Origin: an uncultured virus (IMG/VR IMGVR_UViG_3300006919_000003)
Lineage: Duplodnaviria; Heunggongvirae; Uroviricota; Caudoviricetes; Schitoviridae
IMG/VR virus record: IMGVR_UViG_3300006919_000003
Strand: one strand, 5' to 3'
Length of the DNA stretch: 64,000 bases
Shown here: positions 28,413 to 35,908 of the stretch, in pieces
How positions within the stretch are numbered: position 1 is the stretch's first letter
How the letters are laid out: each line of letters begins with the position of its first letter
Program-made: the position numbers and the translations under genes
Notes under the pieces: model-generated
What the model was told of the DNA's origin: nothing
What the model saw: only the letters and a program-made list of their open reading frames with translations
Database searches by the model: none

Positions 28413-28757
28413 TTAAGCCTCAGAAGTTGAAGGTTCAGAGACAGTTGTAGTGAATCTCTTCATATTTTCATCGAACACTTTCTTATAGTCAGAGTCTTTG
28501 TCGATGTCTGACTGAAGCTCTACCATGAAGGTAGTATGTTCTTTGACCATAGTCATGAGATCACGTTCTTTAGCAGCTAAGATCTTTTGATCTGTATTCT
28601 GTGTCTGTGCTGCATGTAGTACACGTACCTTATTGTGCAGGATGTCACCTGCTTTTTGGATTGAGTCTACTGTGTCTGTGATGGTTGATGCTGACTTGTT
28701 AACCAAGTCGAAGATAGATACGCTCGCATTACGAGCTGAGTTGATTGCTGATGCCAT
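28413..28757 (-). CDS. N4 gp1-like early protein
   Basis: Helical 114-aa ORF directly behind a vRNAP promoter; size and position match gp1. Confidence 0.65.
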   Translation of the reverse strand: MASAINSARNASVSIFDLVNKSASTITDTVDSIQKAGDILHNKVRVLHAAQTQNTDQKILAAKERDLMTMVKEHTTFMVELQSDIDKDSDYKKVFDENMKRFTTTVSEPSTSEA

Positions 28758-28786
28758 GATGATAGCTCCTGATTAGCTGGTTGAAC

Positions 28787-28805
28787 TCAACAGGTGCGGA
28801 GCACC
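28787..28805 (-). promoter_or_regulatory. N4-type virion RNAP hairpin promoter (predicted +1 at 28788, leftward)
   Basis: Template 5'-TC AACA GGTGC GGA GCACC-3'. Confidence 0.85.
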
Positions 28806-28983
28806 ATGTGTTAAGAGTGTTAAAGGTAGGGGGGGTACTATTAACTTTGAGGGATCAGGAGTGTTAATACTACTACCAGACATCAGTATCGAAAAACCTA
28901 GCATGAAAAAAATATGAGATTTGAAATCAAATCAATTGTGTCAAAACTGTGACTATCCTTAATTCAGAACTATCAAACACAAT

Positions 28984-29256
28984 TTAAAATGGTTCAGGTT
29001 TATCTTCAAAACCCATTAACCTTAAGATATCAATTTCATCTTTGATCATACGTGTAAAGACTGTAATTTGGTCTGTAGCAGCATAAACCTTAATAAAGGT
29101 ATCTTCATCCATTTTTACAGTTACATGTTTTGTATAAGGAGGGAATTCATTAATATTAACGATTACGTGCCAGATAAAGTAACCCTCTTTTAAGAGGGAG
29201 TTTATAATATTTTTTGCAAAACGGTATTGTTGAATAGGTTTGTGATTTTCTTTCAT
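28984..29256 (-). CDS. LLG-motif family small protein
   Basis: SD AGGAGG; IKDEIDILRLMG. Confidence 0.75.
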   Translation of the reverse strand: MKENHKPIQQYRFAKNIINSLLKEGYFIWHVIVNINEFPPYTKHVTVKMDEDTFIKVYAATDQITVFTRMIKDEIDILRLMGFEDKPEPF

Positions 29257-29287
29257 ATTAACCTCCTATTAATATATTTAACTCGAT

Positions 29288-29641
29288 TTATTTCTTCATA
29301 ATACCTGATTTTAGATCAGGTATTTGAAAATATTTAAGGTGTTCAATAACACCAAGAAGAACTAATGTTTCTAATTCTTCAATGATAAAGGACGCAACCT
29401 TTTTGATTTCCTCACCTTGGAAGCCTTTAATTTGAAATTCATGGTCTGGGGTAAAATATACAATTATCAAATCTGAGGAAATTAATTCTATATCGTATAA
29501 AGATACGTTTTTTGTATTAATAATTTTCATTAAACGATCTGTATAAGCATGATCTTGGTGTCTTGAACCAGAAAATCTAAACTGAGGATATGTAATAGTA
29601 TGTATATTTTTATAAACTGAGTTTGTTTTATAATGGGTCAT
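29288..29641 (-). CDS. LLG-motif family small protein
   Basis: IIEELETLVLLG; overlaps upstream gene. Confidence 0.75.
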   Translation of the reverse strand: MTHYKTNSVYKNIHTITYPQFRFSGSRHQDHAYTDRLMKIINTKNVSLYDIELISSDLIIVYFTPDHEFQIKGFQGEEIKKVASFIIEELETLVLLGVIEHLKYFQIPDLKSGIMKK

Positions 29642-29927
29642 CGACTATTTCCTTGTAATCTGTCCATTCCCAACCTTTTGGAGCTTCATTTGAGGGAGGT
29701 TGAATCGATCCAAGGAGCCTATGGGTATTAATTTCATCAAGAATTTTGTTGAAAACATCTTTCCTGGAACCAAACCAATGAAAAACAGAGATGTTTTCTC
29801 TATCTATAAGTACCATGAGCTTAGAATCATCTCTTAGGTACATATCCTGAACCCCTTGGCCTATTTCTTCAAGACCATGCATGATAGATTCGGTAACAAG
29901 ACTTTCTTTGTATAGATTATTACCCAT
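29628..29927 (-). CDS. LLG-motif family small protein
   Basis: ILDEINTHRLLG. Confidence 0.75.
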   Translation of the reverse strand: MGNNLYKESLVTESIMHGLEEIGQGVQDMYLRDDSKLMVLIDRENISVFHWFGSRKDVFNKILDEINTHRLLGSIQPPSNEAPKGWEWTDYKEIVDDPL

Positions 29928-30186
29928 CTTTAATACCTAACAGCTTGCACATATCGATTTCTTCATCAATTATAGAAATTAATTCCTCAAAACTATATGA
30001 TTCAGGATGAATAATCTCTATTTTGTGTTGTCTAGTGATATAAATATCCATAATATAGAAGTTCATTGATTTAGGTTCTCTTAGTTTACAAGTGTAAATA
30101 TGAGAGAGATTAGGATCCTTATTTATATAATACTCAATAACTCGTCGGTTTAAGTTATAAGAGTGTTCAACATAATTATCTGTCAT
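29920..30186 (-). CDS. LLG-motif family small protein
   Basis: IDEEIDMCKLLG. Confidence 0.75.
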   Translation of the reverse strand: MTDNYVEHSYNLNRRVIEYYINKDPNLSHIYTCKLREPKSMNFYIMDIYITRQHKIEIIHPESYSFEELISIIDEEIDMCKLLGIKDG

Positions 30187-30374
30187 GTTGCACCCAATAA
30201 GATATCCATTTTGATATTCTTTATAAATTCATTTATATCATGATCATATGAATAATGATAAAAATTATTTCTTATAACAATTACAGCAAAACCTAATTTA
30301 TAATTAGAGCTTACATAAGCTTCTGGAAACTCCTTTTTAATTTTATTTTTAATAGCATTCTTTTTCTTATTCAT
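30183..30374 (-). CDS. LLG-motif family small protein
   Basis: SD AGGAG; IKNIKMDILLGAT. Confidence 0.75.
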   Translation of the reverse strand: MNKKKNAIKNKIKKEFPEAYVSSNYKLGFAVIVIRNNFYHYSYDHDINEFIKNIKMDILLGAT

Positions 30375-30520
30375 TGTTTTCTCCTAAGATAATTAAACAA
30401 ATGAGGAGTCGCAGAACGACAGCGTAAATCTCTGTGCGACCTTCGGCGTAGCCGAGGGTGGGAGCACAAGATTTAGGATGGAGAACTGAGACGACGAGTT
30501 TGTTTAATTATCGTCATTGA

Positions 30521-30682
30521 TTAATAAGGTATATAATCATCCAAATATTCTTCTAACTCTTCTTTAGTCATAGGAGGAGGAGGTGGACGATCATACCAAG
30601 GTATATATTCTTCAAATTCTGTTGGGTTATCACCCAAAAGAGAAGCAAACGTCTTAATCTGTTTTGTATCATCTTGTGCCAT
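30521..30682 (-). CDS. 53-aa acidic/proline-rich protein (not in ORF track)
   Basis: MAQDDTKQIKTFASLLGDNPTEFEEYIPWYDRPPPPPMTKEELEEYLDDYIPY; weak SD. Confidence 0.6.
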   Translation of the reverse strand: MAQDDTKQIKTFASLLGDNPTEFEEYIPWYDRPPPPPMTKEELEEYLDDYIPY

Positions 30683-30882
30683 AGGCACGTCTTATAACAA
30701 TTAACAGATAAAAGAAAGGGTGGGCTTGGCGGAGCCTTTTATGTGGAATCGGGTTTGGCGGTGAGAAGCAGTTTTATTCGGTGAATAAAAGGTGTTCGAG
30801 AGGATTGGTGAGCACTCCGTAGGAGTGTGAACACAACTGTGGCAAGCAAAAGCCCCTACCCGACTTGTTCGTCGGAAACCCA

Positions 30883-30910
30883 TATATATCCAGCCAAATT
30901 TTCGTGTCAA
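30883..30910 (-). promoter_or_regulatory. Possible host sigma70-type promoter facing the LLG array
   Basis: Minus strand TTGACA-16 nt-TATATA. Confidence 0.4.
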
Positions 30911-31062
30911 GCCCCAGAAAATGCAGATAAAAATATTATTCCTGTTTTGGGCTGTATGACGAAATGATTTTTCTCTTTTGGTTCCCATTTGAGGAAAAAT
31001 GTTCTAGTCATGTATCAACTGCGGTGCTATGCAGATCCTGCAAAAAGATAAGGAACTACCAT

Positions 31063-32307
31063 ATGACTTCACAAACAAATTCGATTACAGACCAAAAGTG
31101 TCTGGACGCATTAGCTGCTTACAACCGTAACAATAAGAACGCTTCAGCAGCTTCACGAGAACTCGGTATCAAACATGGAACATATCGACGACATCTCGCA
31201 AAAGCATTCGCAAGGAATTTTGATAAACGCTTTCCAAATCTCACAGTTCCCACGGGTATGGAGATCACAGGTGAAAGTACCCAGTACGATGCAGACGGTG
31301 ACGTAAAAGGTAAAAGCGTAAAGGTATCAAAATCACGGGAAGGTCAATTCCAACTCCCAGAGAAACATCATCTCAAAGCAATGACCACACAAGTCGATGG
31401 AAACGGTGATACTGTTCAGGCTTGGTACAAGACAGATCTTGAAAAACAAGGTGCTCAAATATTCATTGATGGTCTTAAAGAAGAATTCAATGATTATAAA
31501 CGACCTAAATTTGAACTCCCAAAACCAAAAAATCTCATTACAGATCGTATGACGTTTTACCCTCTACCCGATATGCACCTTGGTTTGTTTGCATGGGGTC
31601 AGGAGACTGGTACTGATTGGGATATTCCTATTGCAATGGATGCTTATCAGACAGCTATGCAACGGGTACATCATGCAAGTAATGCTACTGAGACAGCGGT
31701 TATCCTTGGTGGTGGTGATTTGCTTCATGCAGATAACTCTGAGAACCGTACATTGAAATCAGGTAACACGCTGGACGTTGATACACGTTATGCAAAGGTT
31801 CTTGGTAAAGCAGGTGAGCTTCTGACATTCCAGACTGAACTTGCTCTACAGAAACACAAACATGTTACAGTTCGTATTTTACCTGGGAACCATGATGAAC
31901 ACAGTGCTATTGCAATGACATGGTTTCTACATGCTTGGTATCGTGATGAGAAACGTGTAACAATTGACACTGATCCATCTCTGTTCTGGCATTGGGAATT
32001 TGGGAAAGTGATGTTGGCAGCAACGCATGGTCATGCGGCTAAGTTGGACAAGATGCCAGAGATTATGGCTTCTCGTTGGCGTGAGATTTGGGGTAGAACC
32101 AAACATGCTTACGCACACGGCTTCCACGTACATCATAAAACGCAGAGAGTGTTTGAGGGTGGTGGTGCAATTACCGAAAGCCACCAAGCTCCCGTCACAC
32201 AAGATGCTTATCACCACCAGCATGGTTATTTAGCTGGTAGATCATTATCATCTATTGAGTATGACAAGGAGTTTGGTGAGGTTGGTAGAGCAAGAATTAC
32301 CCTTTAG
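31063..32307 (+). CDS. N-terminal HTH plus calcineurin-like metallophosphoesterase
   Basis: ASAASRELGIKHGTYRRHL (HTH); PDMHLG, GGDLLH, GNHD, HGH, FHVHH. Confidence 0.85.
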   Translation: MTSQTNSITDQKCLDALAAYNRNNKNASAASRELGIKHGTYRRHLAKAFARNFDKRFPNLTVPTGMEITGESTQYDADGDVKGKSVKVSKSREGQFQLPEKHHLKAMTTQVDGNGDTVQAWYKTDLEKQGAQIFIDGLKEEFNDYKRPKFELPKPKNLITDRMTFYPLPDMHLGLFAWGQETGTDWDIPIAMDAYQTAMQRVHHASNATETAVILGGGDLLHADNSENRTLKSGNTLDVDTRYAKVLGKAGELLTFQTELALQKHKHVTVRILPGNHDEHSAIAMTWFLHAWYRDEKRVTIDTDPSLFWHWEFGKVMLAATHGHAAKLDKMPEIMASRWREIWGRTKHAYAHGFHVHHKTQRVFEGGGAITESHQAPVTQDAYHHQHGYLAGRSLSSIEYDKEFGEVGRARITL

Positions 32308-32569
32308 AATTTGATGAGGATGGTAATTCTTGTGAGGAAACTACTTTCAAATTGGCACGAGGATTGGGATAAATACGAGGTGGGAACTTTTCAGCTCGCT
32401 TCGTAATCTTTTTGCGAGTCGCAATCTTCTTGTCAATGAATTCTTCAGCTTGACCTTCCGCTTCAAAATCGGACTGGATCACTTCGTAATTGTTGGATCC
32501 AGTCCTTTTTTCTTCTACAGCCCATTTGTCTAGGCCAACAGGTATAATACGGAATGGTGAATCTTTCAT
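32297..32569 (-). CDS. Hypothetical protein
   Basis: Start MKDSPF with SD AAGGA. Confidence 0.65.
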   Translation of the reverse strand: MKDSPFRIIPVGLDKWAVEEKRTGSNNYEVIQSDFEAEGQAEEFIDKKIATRKKITKRAEKFPPRIYPNPRANLKVVSSQELPSSSNSKG

Positions 32570-32889
32570 GTCGTGTTCCTTTAGAGAATGGAGTGGGGAG
32601 AGAGGAAAAACGTAAAAACCTCTCCCCGTACATCTTGTACTATAGGGCAATCAACAAACCTAGTACAGATGCAAATCGAATTTGGGGGATGCGGGGTCTA
32701 ACGTGACCAAACAGCAAATACACGTTTTATAAGACATCGGGCGAAAGGAACAAAAACCCTGTCCGACCCCGCCTCTGTTGTATAAGTTATTTGGAGTTTA
32801 GTCACAACCGAAAAAAGAATAAAAATTTATTGTGTTTTAAGAGCTGATCTTATATAGGCTTAATAGGAACAAAATCTAAAGGCTGAATC

Positions 32890-33597
32890 ATGCTAACTAT
32901 TGAATCTGTCAAGAGTGCTTTACCTGCACAACTAAATACTAACGTTTCTCAAGATATGGTGGATCAGCTTAATAACCTGTCTACTGATCCTGAAGCAGCT
33001 CGTGTTATGCGAGATAATTTCATTTCATACACCAATGTGATGAAAGACGGTAAGTTCAAATTAGATGATTATGTCCATGCTGTAGCTTATGTCAGCTATA
33101 AGATGATGGGGTACAATAACAGAGAGTCTTATTCTCGTACATTCCCTGGTAGATATCAAAATCTTATTGCTGCTGGTAAGACAGATAAAGATATCTCTTC
33201 TTATGTCGCAGCATACAACAAGAATAAATTGGTCAACTTGGTTCTTGAACAAACATTGATCCCTGTTCATGTGTTGAACCAAGATGTTTATCAGAAAGCT
33301 ATCAATACTCAAGCTGATCTAATGCTCAATGCGAAGAGTGAGAAAGTTCGTGCAGATGCTGCAAACTCTCTTCTGACACATCTTAAGAAACCAGAGTCGA
33401 AAGCTGTGGAGCTAGACATCAACGTCAAAGAAAGCGAAGGTCTTCGTGATCTTAAAGACACTCTTCAGGAGATGGCTAAAGCACAGCAAGAAATGATTGA
33501 AGGCGGTAGCTCAACAAAAACCATAGCCCATCAACCCCTGGTTCGATCAAATGACGTTGAGGATGCTGAAATTGTAGAGGAACCAGTAGATGGATAA
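32890..33597 (+). CDS. N4 gp69-like protein (candidate terminase small subunit)
   Basis: Directly upstream of and overlapping the large terminase; SEKVRADAANSLLTHLK. Confidence 0.8.
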   Translation: MLTIESVKSALPAQLNTNVSQDMVDQLNNLSTDPEAARVMRDNFISYTNVMKDGKFKLDDYVHAVAYVSYKMMGYNNRESYSRTFPGRYQNLIAAGKTDKDISSYVAAYNKNKLVNLVLEQTLIPVHVLNQDVYQKAINTQADLMLNAKSEKVRADAANSLLTHLKKPESKAVELDINVKESEGLRDLKDTLQEMAKAQQEMIEGGSSTKTIAHQPLVRSNDVEDAEIVEEPVDG

Positions 33598-35191
33598 TCT
33601 TGAAGTAGAACTTTCAAAGTTCAAAACAGTTGATGAATGGTTAGATCAGGTAGATTACGACTCATTGAACAGTGGTCAGTATATTCCTTCTACATTTGCT
33701 TTGAAATTCATGAACTTCATTAAATTGGTGAATGGTAAAGAGGGTGAAGCACACAAAACACCTGTTGTTCACCTGAAAATGCTCGATAAGATCTCTGGGA
33801 AGAAGCAAAGAGTTGCTAATCTATGTGCTCGTGGTATGGCTAAAACTACCCTAATGTTCGAGTATTTAGTGCTATATGTAGCTGTTTTTGGTGAAATTGA
33901 CGGCTTTGGTAAGCTCGACAGTATGATTTACGTATCTGACTCTATGGAAAACGGTGTAAAGTCAGCAAGAAAGAACATTGAGTTCAGATATCACTCTTCA
34001 GCGTTTCTTCAGGAATGGTTGCCAAAAGCAAACTTCACAGACAGTTATATGGAGTTTGGTAACAAAGACGGTGGTCGTCTTGGTGTAAAGATGTTTGGTG
34101 CTAAGACTGGTCTTCGTGGTACTAAAATCTTTGGTAAACGTCCTCCTTTGGCTGTACTCGATGACTTAGTATCAGATGATGATGCGAAGTCTAAAGTCGC
34201 TATGCAAGCAATCAAAGACACTATTTACAAGGGTGTTGATTACGCTCTTGACCCAACAAGACGGAAGATTATCTTCAATGGTACACCCTTTAATAAGGAT
34301 GATATCCTTTATGAAGCGGTGGAGTCTGGTGCATGGGATGTTAACGTTTGGCCTATTTGTGAGAAGTTCCCTTGTTCACGAGAAGAATTCCGAGGAGCTT
34401 GGGAAGATCGTTTCACCTATGAATTTGTACAACAACAATATGAAGACTCGAAACTGACAGGTAAGCTCTCAGCGTTCAATCAGGAATTGATGCTACGAAT
34501 TTCCTCATCTGAGGAACGTCTAGTACAGGATGATGAGATCCGTTGGTTCGCTCGTAAAAGTCTTTTAGAGAATAGAGGACGCTTTAATTTTTATGTCACC
34601 ACTGACTTTGCTACATCAGATAAAGAGACCGCTGACTTCAGTGTTATCTCGGTTTGGGCCTATAACCATAATGGTGATTGGTTCTGGGTTGATGGTGTGT
34701 GTGAAAGACAAACAATGGACAAAAGTATTGACGATTTGTTTAGATTAGTGCAAGAATACAAACCACAGGCTGTTGGTGTGGAAATCACGGGCCAACAGAA
34801 CGCATTTATCCAGTGGCTCCAACGCGAACAAATGAGCAGAAATATTTTCTTCAACTTCGCAATGGAAAAGGGCAAGCCAGGTATTAGACCGACCATTAAC
34901 AAATTAAGTCGTTTTAATCTCGTGGTTCCTTTATTTAAAGCTGGTAAGATTTACTTCCCTGACGAGATGAGAGATAGTGTGATCATGGGTAACTTCATGT
35001 CACAACTGAAATTAGCTACTGTAAACGGTCTAAAAGGTAAAGATGATTGCCTTGATACCATTTCAATGCTAATGAACTTACAGGCATGGAAGCCAAGCGA
35101 AGAGGTTCCAGTAAAGAGTAATGTAACCTCTGTGTGGGAAATTGATGATGATGATGACCAAGGATCAGCATTAGCATCTTACATTATATAA
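33590..35191 (+). CDS. Terminase large subunit (N4 gp68-like)
   Basis: RGMAKTT, VLDDL, GTP, nuclease TTDFA...DDCLD. Confidence 0.96.
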   Translation: MDNLEVELSKFKTVDEWLDQVDYDSLNSGQYIPSTFALKFMNFIKLVNGKEGEAHKTPVVHLKMLDKISGKKQRVANLCARGMAKTTLMFEYLVLYVAVFGEIDGFGKLDSMIYVSDSMENGVKSARKNIEFRYHSSAFLQEWLPKANFTDSYMEFGNKDGGRLGVKMFGAKTGLRGTKIFGKRPPLAVLDDLVSDDDAKSKVAMQAIKDTIYKGVDYALDPTRRKIIFNGTPFNKDDILYEAVESGAWDVNVWPICEKFPCSREEFRGAWEDRFTYEFVQQQYEDSKLTGKLSAFNQELMLRISSSEERLVQDDEIRWFARKSLLENRGRFNFYVTTDFATSDKETADFSVISVWAYNHNGDWFWVDGVCERQTMDKSIDDLFRLVQEYKPQAVGVEITGQQNAFIQWLQREQMSRNIFFNFAMEKGKPGIRPTINKLSRFNLVVPLFKAGKIYFPDEMRDSVIMGNFMSQLKLATVNGLKGKDDCLDTISMLMNLQAWKPSEEVPVKSNVTSVWEIDDDDDQGSALASYII

Positions 35192-35200
35192 GAGGCTGAA

Positions 35201-35908
35201 ATGACGTTAGAAGAGCTGCTTAAAGATCTAGCACTGGGTGAGTTGAGTAACTTCTCAGTAGTTGACCGAAATGACCCAACCCAGATTGACGAGAAGTCTC
35301 TGGATAAGGTCGTTTTGTATGTTAATCAAGCTTTGACAGATCTATATACAAAATTCATTCTGTCCCAGCGTGAAGTTATCGTAAAACGTAAATCTCCATT
35401 CACTGAGTATTATTTGCGTCCTGAGTTCGCACAATCTAACAAAGAATCAACAGTTCCCTGGAAATACCTTGAAGATACCGAACATGATAAATTTGACGGT
35501 AACTTCATTAAAATCCTTCAGGTTTATGACTCTGAGGGTCAAGAGCTGTACGTAAATGATTATGAACAACCTCTTTCAGTATTCACCCCATCTTTCGATG
35601 CACTTCAAATCACTGACGTTCACCAAAGTGATCGTTTCTTCGTACATTATCAGGCAAGTCATAACAAACTTGTGACTAAATACCTTGATAAACAGAAGGT
35701 TGTTCTCCCTATCTTCTTACATGAAGCTCTTAAGTATTATGTTACAGGTAAAGTCCTTGGTAACATGCAAGGTGAAGGTAATACCGCCCAGTCGTTGCAA
35801 AATATGCAGTTGTATGAGGCTAAGTGTTCTGATACAGAGAGTAAAGATCTGGTTAGGACAAGCGTAACCACAACAAACACTAAACTTATCAAGAGAGGGT
35901 TCGTCTAA
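35201..35908 (+). CDS. Head-tail adaptor (N4 gp67-like)
   Basis: LALGELSN..NQALTDLYTKF..; C-terminal TNTKLIKRGFV; synteny. Confidence 0.8.
   Translation: MTLEELLKDLALGELSNFSVVDRNDPTQIDEKSLDKVVLYVNQALTDLYTKFILSQREVIVKRKSPFTEYYLRPEFAQSNKESTVPWKYLEDTEHDKFDGNFIKILQVYDSEGQELYVNDYEQPLSVFTPSFDALQITDVHQSDRFFVHYQASHNKLVTKYLDKQKVVLPIFLHEALKYYVTGKVLGNMQGEGNTAQSLQNMQLYEAKCSDTESKDLVRTSVTTTNTKLIKRGFV

Noticed and set aside
30388..30512. Self-cleaving ribozyme or retron msr-msd
   Set aside because: No hammerhead CUGANGA/GAAA core seen on either strand and no reverse transcriptase in the window.
30728..30736. GGC-GGA-GCC as a third vRNAP promoter
   Set aside because: The stem is only 3 bp and the C-AAAA-type start context is missing.
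30701..30988. 95-aa minus-strand ORF
   Set aside because: No SD, atypical composition, and it overlaps a dense set of inverted repeats; more likely non-coding.
37..35191. Introns or inteins in polymerase, helicase, RNR or terminase; integrase or transposase
   Set aside because: These ORFs are uninterrupted and of ordinary size, and no recombinase motifs were seen; the HNH gene is free-standing.
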